A stretch of 63,938 nucleotides of DNA, filler included, from Lama guanicoe (GCA_013239625.1; 197 parts of 197 records of this genome joined end to end with filler, not necessarily neighbours in it), one strand, 5' to 3'; shown: positions 36,296 through 49,721, counted from the first letter of the whole stretch. A program made the numbers and translations. Notes: generated from the letters alone by a model not told the origin.

Positions 36296-38347
36296 ATNNN
36301 NNNNNNNNNNNNNNNNNNNNNNNNNNNNNNNNNNNNNNNNNTTAATTAATTAANNNNNNNNNNNNNNNNNNNNNNNNNNNNNNNNNNNNNNNNNNNNGGT
36401 GAAGGAAGGCGGGTGAGGCAAGGTTGGAATATGAGATAAAGAGATACCGATTACTATGTGTAAAAAACGTAAATAACAAGGTTATATTGATCACCACATG
36501 GAAATATATCCATTATTTTGTAATAATTTTTAATGGATATAATATGTAAAACATTGAGTCACTATGCTGTATGCTTTAATATAATATTGCAAATCAACTA
36601 TATTTCAATTAAAAAATAAAACNNNNNNNNNNNNNNNNNNNNNNNNNNNNNNNNNNNNNNNNNNNNTTAATTAATTAANNNNNNNNNNNNNNNNNNNNNN
36701 NNNNNNNNNNNNNNNNNNNNNNAGAAAGTAAGTGATTTGCTGACGTCATATATCTAGTTAATGGTGGAGGCGGGACCAGAACCAAAGCCTGCAGTGTCCC
36801 TCAACAGCCCTTTTGCCATTACGTCGACGATTATAGTTTTCAGTATAGAAGCTGTATTGACATGTAACGTTTTATTTTTAACAGAAACCAAAAAAATAAA
36901 AAAAATCAGAATTCAGCGATTAGAAATAGGACCTGTCAGATTTTTAANNNNNNNNNNNNNNNNNNNNNNNNNNNNNNNNNNNNNNNNNNNNTTAATTAAT
37001 TAANNNNNNNNNNNNNNNNNNNNNNNNNNNNNNNNNNNNNNNNNNNNGGGATTTTCTGCCCTATGTCTAAAACTGTGGTCTGTACCTCTCCAAGCACTCA
37101 GAATGCACAAGGCAAATTTAAGGAAGAAATAAGGCAGAAAAAGAAGAGAAAACAGAACAGTCGATGTCAGGCAAGAAAATACCAAACACCTCAATTATTT
37201 AAAAATGGAAGGCTATGCCCAATGTCAATCACATGCTGTAACAGCCCAAAGCTCACACAGATTCCTTTTTATNNNNNNNNNNNNNNNNNNNNNNNNNNNN
37301 NNNNNNNNNNNNNNNNTTAATTAATTAANNNNNNNNNNNNNNNNNNNNNNNNNNNNNNNNNNNNNNNNNNNNTAGGTATCTCTTAATAAAGAAGGCAAAT
37401 TAGGAAAGTAATATATTTAGAGTACATAAAAAACAGAACTGTCTGATTAAAAATGATTTTACTCATCATAATTGTGGTGATCAGCTGAGTGACTAAGTCC
37501 ACCTTCCCATGAAGGGCTCTTAATCTTACCAATCGCTATCTCAGAAGAGATTATACATGATGTCACACACACAAAAGAAGTCTACTTCATATAAACTNNN
37601 NNNNNNNNNNNNNNNNNNNNNNNNNNNNNNNNNNNNNNNNNTTAATTAATTAANNNNNNNNNNNNNNNNNNNNNNNNNNNNNNNNNNNNNNNNNNNNGTC
37701 TGGCCACCGGAAAGTCAGTGAAGATTTGCTGAATGAATTACGATGATGACGTTTATCTTGCTATCATCTTATAAAGCTCCTCACAGGCAGTCGTGGGTCT
37801 GCTCTGAAGCTGGCAGATACTGTCAGGGCTAGTGACACGGGAAGAGGCAGGTCTCTGAAGTGGGTAAGAGTGCCCGACTCTGGCTTCTCACTCTTGGACT
37901 TGGTGTCACATAAGAATGTGGANNNNNNNNNNNNNNNNNNNNNNNNNNNNNNNNNNNNNNNNNNNNTTAATTAATTAANNNNNNNNNNNNNNNNNNNNNN
38001 NNNNNNNNNNNNNNNNNNNNNNATGAAGGATGCATATCTTGCAAATGGAAAGTGTAGGTTCAGTCCTGGCAATAATCCCCTAGAGCTGCTGCCTTATCCA
38101 TCCCGCTGAACTGCTCTCAAAGGCTAAACAGTAATTTTATAGCAGCAAGTGGAGATCCACTGGCAGGTCCAAAAATCATTTCTAATTCCTTTAAAAAGAA
38201 AATACTATAAGCTTAAAATGACTATAACTCAATAAAAAAGAAAAAATNNNNNNNNNNNNNNNNNNNNNNNNNNNNNNNNNNNNNNNNNNNNTTAATTAAT
38301 TAANNNNNNNNNNNNNNNNNNNNNNNNNNNNNNNNNNNNNNNNNNNN

Positions 38348-38505
38348 ACCAAAATGGGACACAAAGACACAAAGTGAGCAAATGCTGTTGGAAAAACGGC
38401 GCTGACAGACTTTCTTCAACCAGGGTTGCCTCAAACCTTTGATTTGTAAAAAAAAACTCATTGTCTGTGGAGCTCAATGCAGCAGAGACAAGGTCTGCTC
38501 TACAT
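38348..38505 (-). mobile_element. Tigger1 DNA transposon terminal fragment
   Basis: accaaaatgggacacaaagacacaaagtgagcaaatgctgttggaaaaacggcgctgacagact...agggttgcctcaaacctttgatttgtaaaaaa matches the remembered Tigger1 end. Confidence 0.85.
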
Positions 38506-41500
38506 GGTTGACTCATGAACGTGAACTCACAACCATGGGCTCTGTCAGGCCCCGATGCAGCTTATCCAGCATNNNNNNNNNNNNNNNNNNNNNNNNNNNN
38601 NNNNNNNNNNNNNNNNTTAATTAATTAANNNNNNNNNNNNNNNNNNNNNNNNNNNNNNNNNNNNNNNNNNNNCCATGTGAACCAGAGATGCTGAAAAAGT
38701 TGGTCTGCAAGGAGAGAGACTGAAGAAACAGAGACACAGCAGCAAGAGAAAAGAGAGGAACTGTCCTTGGTCCTAACCGCCAACGTATTTGTGCCCTTGA
38801 GTCTTCCCAGCAAATTTGAGATACAGTCTACTTATGTCTTCCTTTAACAGGGTTCCTTGGGTTAGAGTCTAAACCAAGCCAGAGATGCCTCTACAGANNN
38901 NNNNNNNNNNNNNNNNNNNNNNNNNNNNNNNNNNNNNNNNNTTAATTAATTAANNNNNNNNNNNNNNNNNNNNNNNNNNNNNNNNNNNNNNNNNNNNCCA
39001 TGTGAACCAGAGATGCTGAAAAAGTTGGTCTGCAAGGAGAGAGACTAAAGAAACAGAGACACAGCAGCAAGAGAAAAGAGAGGAACTGTCCTTGCTCCTA
39101 ACCGCCAACGTATTTCTGCCCTTGAGTCTTCCCAGCAAATTTGAGATACAGTCTACTTTTGTCTTCCTTTAATAGGGTTCCTTGGGTTAGAGTCTAAACC
39201 AAGCCAGAGATGCCTCTACAGANNNNNNNNNNNNNNNNNNNNNNNNNNNNNNNNNNNNNNNNNNNNTTAATTAATTAANNNNNNNNNNNNNNNNNNNNNN
39301 NNNNNNNNNNNNNNNNNNNNNNGATGTTTAGTTTAATTCTGTTTTCATGCAGATTTTTCAAATTCCTACTCCCAAGAAAGAAAGCATCTTTCACAATGTT
39401 TCTAGTTGTTAGTGCAGAAATTAAAAGTAAATTTTTGGGGTATACTAGATTTACCTCAGTCCCTGGAGAAATAGGCTTTCTTTAAGTAAGATTTCCTCAA
39501 AACAATGAACACATGTCATAATACCAAGAAATGGTAAAAAAAAAAAANNNNNNNNNNNNNNNNNNNNNNNNNNNNNNNNNNNNNNNNNNNNTTAATTAAT
39601 TAANNNNNNNNNNNNNNNNNNNNNNNNNNNNNNNNNNNNNNNNNNNNACTTCTCATAGAGGAATCCAAATATGTTCAAAGTCATTTTTAAAAGCAGATTT
39701 ATTACAGTGTGGTTGACATACAATAAATTGCATGTATTTAAAATGTACAATTTGGTAAGTTTTGACAAATGTATACGTTGTTAAAACTATCACCACAATT
39801 AAGATATCAAACATTCCCTCACCCCCAAAAGTCTTTTATAATCCCCCTCATAATCCTTCCTCCTCCCTTCCTNNNNNNNNNNNNNNNNNNNNNNNNNNNN
39901 NNNNNNNNNNNNNNNNTTAATTAATTAANNNNNNNNNNNNNNNNNNNNNNNNNNNNNNNNNNNNNNNNNNNNTCCTCCAACTGACAGCAGCCACTGGGAT
40001 CTAATAGGATCCCAAAGGTTGACCTCCCTGAGTGTTTTCATATGCCAGTCTTTGAGCGAAGGTGGAGGTTGGGCTCTAAAACCAAGTATTAGCGAGAGCC
40101 TCTGTATGGGCAGTGAAGATGTTTAAATTGCATCCCAAACCTGATAACACCTGGCCCCCATAAAGATTCGTGGACATTCCTTCCCCAAATTCAGGACNNN
40201 NNNNNNNNNNNNNNNNNNNNNNNNNNNNNNNNNNNNNNNNNTTAATTAATTAANNNNNNNNNNNNNNNNNNNNNNNNNNNNNNNNNNNNNNNNNNNNTGT
40301 GCCAACTTCTTTATCAATCAACATGTATAGCTATAATGAGTTTAATTATGGCCTGGTTTTGCTCATGTGCCCACAGCTGTAGCTAGGAAGGTAAGTTTGA
40401 TTGTCAGAAGAAAGGGAAATGGTGAATTTATTGCATTTTGGATTAGAAATAGATTAAAGAGAGTTTGGTATGCGCTGCCAAAGAATTTGGAGTTTATCTT
40501 ATATGCATAGTTTATTCATTGGNNNNNNNNNNNNNNNNNNNNNNNNNNNNNNNNNNNNNNNNNNNNTTAATTAATTAANNNNNNNNNNNNNNNNNNNNNN
40601 NNNNNNNNNNNNNNNNNNNNNNATTAATCAGGTTACTCTGAACTGGTTCAATTATAGTTAAATAAGTGTTCTTTTGGTGTCTCCAGTAGAAATCTCAGTT
40701 GCTTAAAGGGAGCTTTCCCGGCTTCTTACACACAGCCTGTTACTGTCCTAGCCAATGTACATCCAGTAACTCTCAGTAGTAATACGGAAATGTTCAACAG
40801 ACATTAACTGATCAGTTAAAGCAACTGAGGAAGTAATACCTTATTGCNNNNNNNNNNNNNNNNNNNNNNNNNNNNNNNNNNNNNNNNNNNNTTAATTAAT
40901 TAANNNNNNNNNNNNNNNNNNNNNNNNNNNNNNNNNNNNNNNNNNNNCTTGTTTTTAAGTACTCCTTTTTCACTAGATATGTTTTTACCTCTTTATTGTA
41001 AAAATAATATTTCCCCAATGAATGAATCGGTGTGCATGATTTAAAAGATACCTTACTTTTAATTTTTCTTATTCAAACAGGTATTTTCATTGTACAGAAT
41101 TTAGAAAATAAGGTTAAACACACTAATAACTTAAAAATGGACTCATCTCATCTTGAGATATAGTTGTAAGGTNNNNNNNNNNNNNNNNNNNNNNNNNNNN
41201 NNNNNNNNNNNNNNNNTTAATTAATTAANNNNNNNNNNNNNNNNNNNNNNNNNNNNNNNNNNNNNNNNNNNNCTGGCTCACCTCCCTGGTGCCCAAGCAG
41301 GTGCTGGGAGCAGAGGTCAGGTTCTAGGAGCGCCGAGATGTGAGGGAAGCAGTGATGGCCCAGGAGGGTTGGCTGGCTGGAGCTGCTAAACAGAGTCTAA
41401 AGTCAGATGATCTCCAGAAACACAACGCGTGCCACAAACATGAGCCAAACGTGGAATTGTAAATTTCCTGGTACTTGTGCTAAGATGCATAGAAAGANNN

Positions 41501-41922
41501 NNNNNNNNNNNNNNNNNNNNNNNNNNNNNNNNNNNNNNNNNTTAATTAATTAANNNNNNNNNNNNNNNNNNNNNNNNNNNNNNNNNNNNNNNNNNNNACG
41601 TAGTGACATTCACAATGGCCTCATCCAAGGAGAGGCTGTTAATATTTTCCATAGGAATTGATGAACTTTCCATAATCTCAAAATTGTTAACAGCAAGCAT
41701 TCTAGTTTCTGGCAGTGATCTCACTCCCTTGATAGATGAATAGAGAGGTTACTTTATCATTTCCACTGATGGTAAGGAGAAAAAGCATCAAGTACACCTC
41801 AATTAAAAAAAAAAAAAAAAAGNNNNNNNNNNNNNNNNNNNNNNNNNNNNNNNNNNNNNNNNNNNNTTAATTAATTAANNNNNNNNNNNNNNNNNNNNNN
41901 NNNNNNNNNNNNNNNNNNNNNN

Positions 41923-42146
41923 TCCCTGGGCTCCCCGTAGATGAAGTGCTCCCTCCCAGCACACAGCCCCATCTTGCTAAGTGCTCGCCAGACTGCCTCC
42001 TCAGGAGCAAAGTCGCCCTCCAGGACAATCACACCCAGAAGTATCACCAGGAGGCCAGTGTTGGGCATGCTCTGCCCGTCGTCCTGCATGCCATCGTAGG
42101 TGAGGCCCAGGGTGGGGACCAGGACATACAAGTGCTCCCTGGGGTC
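41923..42146 (-). CDS. MAGE homology domain fragment (MAGE-A-like)
   Basis: Open across the fragment: DPREHLYVLVPTLGLTYDGMQDDGQSMPNTGLLVILLGVIVLEGDFAPEEAVWRALSKMGLCAGREHFIYGEPR, with the MAGE motifs LGLTYDG, P.TGLL, APEE.VW and EHFIYGEPR. Confidence 0.95.
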
Positions 42147-44197
42147 CNNNNNNNNNNNNNNNNNNNNNNNNNNNNNNNNNNNNNNNNNNNNTTAATTAAT
42201 TAANNNNNNNNNNNNNNNNNNNNNNNNNNNNNNNNNNNNNNNNNNNNTACATTTTGATTGGCACCGGCACGGTACAACAACGAGGACACTAAGGTCAGTC
42301 TGCGGTATCATTCCAGAAGACCCTGATGTATAACATACATTGGAATGTTTCCACTGGTGTTTCTGTAGACAGACAAGCTCTGGGAAGAACTGGTTACATT
42401 GGAACCTTTCCAAGGCACTAGAGAGCACAAGTGCACTCTCAGTTTGCAGTTTTGGAAACACTCCAAAATGACNNNNNNNNNNNNNNNNNNNNNNNNNNNN
42501 NNNNNNNNNNNNNNNNTTAATTAATTAANNNNNNNNNNNNNNNNNNNNNNNNNNNNNNNNNNNNNNNNNNNNCCACAGTGACCAGAAGCACATCGGGTGA
42601 TGACAGGGGCAGCTGGAAAGAACCAGGCCAGTATCTACATCACAGGCATCATGTCCACTTGACATGAATCCCTTCCTCTCCAGGAATCACCCTTTGGGGA
42701 TTATTCTCATGAGTCAAAACATGTTTTGCCTTTTTGCCTTTTTGCCTGTTTAAAGAGGACTATCCACATGTCTCCTCCTGAAATAATTTGTCACAAGNNN
42801 NNNNNNNNNNNNNNNNNNNNNNNNNNNNNNNNNNNNNNNNNTTAATTAATTAANNNNNNNNNNNNNNNNNNNNNNNNNNNNNNNNNNNNNNNNNNNNTAT
42901 ATATAAATAAATATACAATGTATTTAATATTTAATAATAGTCCTAAACACTTTTAGCTTCTCTGTAAAGAGAAGCCAATGTTCAGTACATAATGTTCCAG
43001 TATCTTATTTTGTTTGGGAATGACCGAAGCTATTCAACAAACTTTATTATTTAACTTAAATTAGCACAACTCTAAAATTAAGTTACTAAGTTTCTGGAGA
43101 GATCATTTTTAAGTAGACATTCNNNNNNNNNNNNNNNNNNNNNNNNNNNNNNNNNNNNNNNNNNNNTTAATTAATTAANNNNNNNNNNNNNNNNNNNNNN
43201 NNNNNNNNNNNNNNNNNNNNNNTAATACAATATTATTTTGAATAGAAAAAGTAATTTACACTTAAGATTATATCTAATGTCATTTGAAACTTCAGCTGTC
43301 AATTAGAATTATAATGTATGCTTATTCAAATACATCAACTTTTCCAGTTCACACTTTAATAATGCAAAGTATATGAGTATACTAAATACATCATAAGTAT
43401 TAGAAATATAAATTTATTCATAGCTATATTACTGTAGAAATATCCTTNNNNNNNNNNNNNNNNNNNNNNNNNNNNNNNNNNNNNNNNNNNNTTAATTAAT
43501 TAANNNNNNNNNNNNNNNNNNNNNNNNNNNNNNNNNNNNNNNNNNNNTGTGGTCTTCTAGATAATGGTCATTTTAATAGGTGTGAGGTGATATCTCTTTG
43601 TGGTTTTGACTTTGGTTTCCCTGATAAATAGTGATGTTGAACATATGTCCATGTGCTTGTTGACCATCAGTATATCTTCTTTGGAAAAATGTCTGTTCAG
43701 GCCTTTTGCCCATTTTTCATCTTTTTTTTTTTTTAATACTGAGTTGTATGAACTGTTTTACATATTTTGGATNNNNNNNNNNNNNNNNNNNNNNNNNNNN
43801 NNNNNNNNNNNNNNNNTTAATTAATTAANNNNNNNNNNNNNNNNNNNNNNNNNNNNNNNNNNNNNNNNNNNNCTCCTGGGTCAATCCTAGGGTGAGAAAA
43901 TGTAGTTGTGGGTCCTCTTATACAATCCTCCCCCTCAGAGAAGTAACCTCGTGCCCTGTGCCTGGATCACATGTTGACTAACTGGGGCGTCTACTTTCTC
44001 CCTTCTCTTTCCTTTCTCCTTATTCATGCAGTGTTCACTTACCAGTCTTTCTAGCCTTTGTCTTCCAAAAGCCTGAACACGTTAAGACAGGGATCTCNNN
44101 NNNNNNNNNNNNNNNNNNNNNNNNNNNNNNNNNNNNNNNNNTTAATTAATTAANNNNNNNNNNNNNNNNNNNNNNNNNNNNNNNNNNNNNNNNNNNN

Positions 44198-44421
44198 GAA
44201 ATAGCTTTTGTCTGTCCTTTTCCTGAACTCATCTGGAAAACCACAGTGAGCACACAGGCATAGGAAGTCAGAATTGCCATGAATGGTAACAACAGAATAA
44301 TAAGTCCACTCGGGAGTACTGTATATTCATTCTTGGAAATGTCCTGACACACCAATGGCACCAGGGATGGAATTTCACAGAAGAAGTGGTTGATGAGTCG
44401 AGATGGACAGAAAGGAAGTTG
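44198..44421 (-). CDS. Olfactory receptor family 2, OR2AK2-like, ECL2-TM5-ICL3 fragment
   Basis: [74 protein letters not shown] has the OR motifs LPFC, NHFFCE and SY, with no stop in the fragment. Confidence 0.93.
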
Positions 44422-45827
44422 ANNNNNNNNNNNNNNNNNNNNNNNNNNNNNNNNNNNNNNNNNNNNTTAATTAATTAANNNNNNNNNNNNNNNNNNNNNN
44501 NNNNNNNNNNNNNNNNNNNNNNAGTGAACATCAGTGAGAAGAATGGACTTGCGTTTCAGGCTGGCTGCAGTCTTACCCAGCTCCATCATTTACTAGATCA
44601 CTGCAAATTGTTTTTCTACCTCAATCTCTTCATCTGTTATATGGGGGTAACAACAGTAGCTTACAGAGTTGTTGTGAGGATTAAACAAACAATGAAACAT
44701 AATTTAGTACAGTGACCAGCTTACAGTTAATCCCTGGTTTGTAAATANNNNNNNNNNNNNNNNNNNNNNNNNNNNNNNNNNNNNNNNNNNNTTAATTAAT
44801 TAANNNNNNNNNNNNNNNNNNNNNNNNNNNNNNNNNNNNNNNNNNNNCAAAAGTCACTAAGTTTAGGATATTTCAGTAGCAAAGATCATCTTAGACTTAC
44901 TATGAAATGCAAGGCAAAAGATAGATTACATTGATGGATTATAAACTTCTGACCCAAAAAGAAACATTATTTTAAAAAGTGTAAAAAAACAAGAGATTGA
45001 AAGGAAATATTTCAGACATTTACAACAAGTCAAAAAGAAAAAAGACAAATATTTAAATAGGATGTAGAATACNNNNNNNNNNNNNNNNNNNNNNNNNNNN
45101 NNNNNNNNNNNNNNNNTTAATTAATTAANNNNNNNNNNNNNNNNNNNNNNNNNNNNNNNNNNNNNNNNNNNNTTCATTGTACGAAACTTTCAGGGCTTCT
45201 TGGCCCCTGAGCAGGTGTTGCGTCACAGCAAGGTGGGGTGCAAAGTTTCTGCGTTCTGTGATAATGTCGGCTTTCATGAACCATCAGTTTGTGTTAATGG
45301 CTTCTATACACACTGCAGCAGGCCACCTTAGACATTCTTTCCACATGTGTCTTCAGTTAAAAAATCAACTAAAAGGTAAATAAAATTTTATTTTAGGNNN
45401 NNNNNNNNNNNNNNNNNNNNNNNNNNNNNNNNNNNNNNNNNTTAATTAATTAANNNNNNNNNNNNNNNNNNNNNNNNNNNNNNNNNNNNNNNNNNNNTGT
45501 TCTGTGCCAGCGGTAAGGTGGCCGTGCCTCCGCTGGTGTCCAGGTGAGCCTGCCTTGGTGGCCTGACGATGCCCAGGCGCTTGACCTTGCGCTGCAGTCC
45601 CCACACCCCGCACCTGCATGCTCTGCACTGCCTGGAGTCCATGTTGCCTTTTCCCTTCCTCCTACCAGGCTCCGGGCCCAGGCCCTGTCAGTCCCCGGTC
45701 CCCACGCAGGGTGATGGACACTNNNNNNNNNNNNNNNNNNNNNNNNNNNNNNNNNNNNNNNNNNNNTTAATTAATTAANNNNNNNNNNNNNNNNNNNNNN
45801 NNNNNNNNNNNNNNNNNNNNNNTTTCA

Positions 45828-45973
45828 GAGGGAGGTTGTAGCTCAGTGGTGGAGTGTGTGTTTAGCATGCACGAGATCCAGAGCTGAATCTGCAGTACCT
45901 CTATTAAAGATAGATCAATAAATAAGTAAGCTTAATTATCTCCCCCCACCGAAAAAAGAAAACTTAAAAAAAA
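45828..45973 (+). mobile_element. Vic-1-type SINE (diverged)
   Basis: gggaggttgtagctcagtggtggagtgtgtgtttagcatgcacgag...agtacctctatta...cttaattatctcccccc plus an A tail. Confidence 0.82.
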
Positions 45974-47122
45974 ATTTGTTTTCTGTTTTTTAACATTATG
46001 GAATTTATTAAGAATTTTTCTCCAGCTTTATTGAGGCATAATTGGCANNNNNNNNNNNNNNNNNNNNNNNNNNNNNNNNNNNNNNNNNNNNTTAATTAAT
46101 TAANNNNNNNNNNNNNNNNNNNNNNNNNNNNNNNNNNNNNNNNNNNNTCTATGTTATGAGTAAGAAGGAACTTAATTTTACTCCAGTTTTAGTTTTACTT
46201 TAGTTTTAGTTAATTTTACTTACGTTTTACAAAGTTTCTCCTTTTCACTCTTGAATCTTTGGAATGAGGTATATAGCAGTGTGTGAACTAGATTGGGGAG
46301 CTTTTCTTGTTTTGTTATGGTAGGAAATAATTGAAACAAACATGATATTAATTGCCAGTAATTTTCAACTGTNNNNNNNNNNNNNNNNNNNNNNNNNNNN
46401 NNNNNNNNNNNNNNNNTTAATTAATTAANNNNNNNNNNNNNNNNNNNNNNNNNNNNNNNNNNNNNNNNNNNNCTGAGCCTGGACCGACACCGAGGGCCAG
46501 TCCAGCCACGGGGAGGCCCACCCCTCTGCCTCCTGTGCGGTGTGCCCGGCTGGTCTCCAACGCTGCGGCTTTGAGTCACCGAGCAGACAGCACTCCCCCC
46601 ACGTCCCCATTTTGAGGAGGGATTTCAACTGCAAATCTGAGATAGCGGTTTCCGTGTGTTTTTGTTTTTGTGTGTTTGTTTGCGGTGTATTTAAATANNN
46701 NNNNNNNNNNNNNNNNNNNNNNNNNNNNNNNNNNNNNNNNNTTAATTAATTAANNNNNNNNNNNNNNNNNNNNNNNNNNNNNNNNNNNNNNNNNNNNGGA
46801 ATAATAAAGAATTTATAACAATTTATAAACCGAGGTAGCCTGCCCTGTGGTCACAGATTATTTACATTCTTCTCATAAGCAAAGATACTGAATGCGTTTC
46901 AAGATCCTAAACATTTTACATAATTAGGCTTGAAGACTAAGATCACATCATCTAATTCAGGTTCTGGTGAGGAAAAAAAAAAACAAATAAACAAAAAACT
47001 CAGGGGTCATTCCTCTCAATCCNNNNNNNNNNNNNNNNNNNNNNNNNNNNNNNNNNNNNNNNNNNNTTAATTAATTAANNNNNNNNNNNNNNNNNNNNNN
47101 NNNNNNNNNNNNNNNNNNNNNN

Positions 47123-47346
47123 AGACAACTCCACGCAGCTCTCTTCAGTCAAGGTGTTCCCTGTTCGTGGAATTCTGGGATATACCTTCCCTGACTTGGG
47201 GAGGCAGCCTCGGTCAGTGGGATATCCTGCAACCACCCCTAGCATTCCCTGGCAAAGAGACATTAGGATAACCGTCAGGGGAGACGAGTTTAGGCACTCC
47301 GTTTGAACCCACGCGCTGCCGACCGTTGGTGGAACATCCCCACGCT
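47123..47346 (+). repeat. Satellite-like repeat family B, copy 2
   Basis: Colinear homology with 27298-27522. Confidence 0.8.
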
Positions 47347-47446
47347 NNNNNNNNNNNNNNNNNNNNNNNNNNNNNNNNNNNNNNNNNNNNTTAATTAATT
47401 AANNNNNNNNNNNNNNNNNNNNNNNNNNNNNNNNNNNNNNNNNNNN

Positions 47447-47671
47447 TATGCAAAATGAGGTGAAAGAGGGATATAAAATATAAAAATAAGACCCCGGAAG
47501 AACAAAGAAAAGTAGAGATAAGCAATCTGCCTGGACAAAAGTTCAAGGTAATGATCATAAAAGTGCTTACTGAACTCAGAAGAAGAACAGAAGAACACAG
47601 TGAGAAATTTAACAAGAGTTAGAAAATATTTTAAAAATCAAGCAGAGCTGAAGAATACAATAAATAAAAAA
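47447..47671 (+). mobile_element. LINE-1 ORF1 5' fragment
   Basis: EISNLPGQKFKVMIIKVLTELRRRTEEHSEKFNKELENILKNQAELKNTINK is the L1 ORF1 coiled coil. Confidence 0.85.
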
Positions 47672-48748
47672 NNNNNNNNNNNNNNNNNNNNNNNNNNNNN
47701 NNNNNNNNNNNNNNNTTAATTAATTAANNNNNNNNNNNNNNNNNNNNNNNNNNNNNNNNNNNNNNNNNNNNCAACCTCCCGAAGAAAGAACATTTCATTC
47801 TCTCTCCATGATTATCTTCTAAATCAGCTAAAGCCGCTTTTGCTTCCAATCATTCGGCACCAAAACGTGATAGGTATAAAGTGATGTTTAAAACTGCACC
47901 GCTCTAATTCCAGTATTTTCGTGGGACATTTTATTCCACCGTGCAGGCATGATTCAAAATGAAAGGAAGCCGTCTTACTTGAAACCAGTGAAACACNNNN
48001 NNNNNNNNNNNNNNNNNNNNNNNNNNNNNNNNNNNNNNNNTTAATTAATTAANNNNNNNNNNNNNNNNNNNNNNNNNNNNNNNNNNNNNNNNNNNNGTGA
48101 GTGTGATGCATGCTACTGCTTTTCTGACATTATTTCTGTTAACACTGTCAGGGGACAGATGGGTATTTGTTTTGCCCTTTTAAAGCTATTTGGAGAAAGA
48201 AATTTCACCGTCTCCCATGGCAGCCTATTCTTGTGTACAGTGTCTGATTTTTTTTAATGATATGGAAAATTATTTATATTACTCCTTTCTTTTTCTTCCT
48301 GCAAATTTTTCTTACTCCTGANNNNNNNNNNNNNNNNNNNNNNNNNNNNNNNNNNNNNNNNNNNNTTAATTAATTAANNNNNNNNNNNNNNNNNNNNNNN
48401 NNNNNNNNNNNNNNNNNNNNNCCCTGGAGTCACAGAACTTCTTCTCACTTATGAGTTGCCTAACAAGCCTCTGTAGTGGTGTGCTGGTAAGTGTTTAACC
48501 ACCAGCTCACCAAGGAAACAAAAAAGCCCTAATTGGTAGCATATCCTGAGTTCTGTAGCTGGCACCAGCCCACCACCGAGTCTGGGTTACAGCACTATTT
48601 CATCCGAAAGCCTTGCAGCCTAAAGTATTGTTCATTTAACAAACTTNNNNNNNNNNNNNNNNNNNNNNNNNNNNNNNNNNNNNNNNNNNNTTAATTAATT
48701 AANNNNNNNNNNNNNNNNNNNNNNNNNNNNNNNNNNNNNNNNNNNNAT

Positions 48749-48923
48749 CTGATCAGGACAAAATCCTCGTGCAGCTCTGATGATGGAGAGGACTCAGCCG
48801 GTTTTGTGAGATTCTTTCCAGATTTCGTGTGGACTGTGCGGGACTTCACGCTGGAGCTGGAGTTAGATGGATGCCCCGTCACTGAAGATGAGTACCTGGA
48901 GAATGCCTTGAGGTTGATTCCAG
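48749..48923 (+). CDS. Guanylate-binding protein (GBP4/6/7 group) exon containing the G4 motif
   Basis: LIRTKSSCSSDDGEDSAGFVRFFPDFVWTVRDFTLELELDGCPVTEDEYLENALRLIP(G), with a donor ccag|gtatca at 48924. The TVRD G4 motif is typical of GBP4/6/7. Confidence 0.95.
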
Positions 48924-49721
48924 GTATCAGAGCATGGCCAGGCTGCTGGGAGGGCCAGGAGGTCATGGGGTNNNNNNNNNNNNNNNNNNNNNNNNNNNNN
49001 NNNNNNNNNNNNNNNTTAATTAATTAANNNNNNNNNNNNNNNNNNNNNNNNNNNNNNNNNNNNNNNNNNNNAGGATTGAGTTGCATTTAGTTGTCAACAG
49101 CCATTGGAAAAATTTATATTGTAAACAATGGAGGCCCCCTTACCTCCAGGATCCGTCAGAGTGGCTGTGGGAGCATCAGGTATCAAATCAAAGAGCCTTT
49201 TCTTCTGTGATGCCAGGGCCAGTTGAGGATGTGCAGCTGGGCCTCTAGGCAGCTTTGGCACGGGTAGTCACCCTCTGTGCCTTGGCCCACCTACCTNNNN
49301 NNNNNNNNNNNNNNNNNNNNNNNNNNNNNNNNNNNNNNNNTTAATTAATTAANNNNNNNNNNNNNNNNNNNNNNNNNNNNNNNNNNNNNNNNNNNNATTA
49401 CATCATAAAAATACCAATTTGCTCACTATTAATATGTAAATTTGACAGAATTCCAATTAGAAACAGCTTATTGCATAAACTACCACTAAATTAGTATGGA
49501 AGAATTAAATCTCATGAATGTAAAACACATACATGAAAAATAAAAATTAGCAAATAAAAACTTACTTTATACAATATCAAAACATATTATAGATCAATGA
49601 AATCAAATTAATATGGTATTGNNNNNNNNNNNNNNNNNNNNNNNNNNNNNNNNNNNNNNNNNNNNTTAATTAATTAANNNNNNNNNNNNNNNNNNNNNNN
49701 NNNNNNNNNNNNNNNNNNNNN

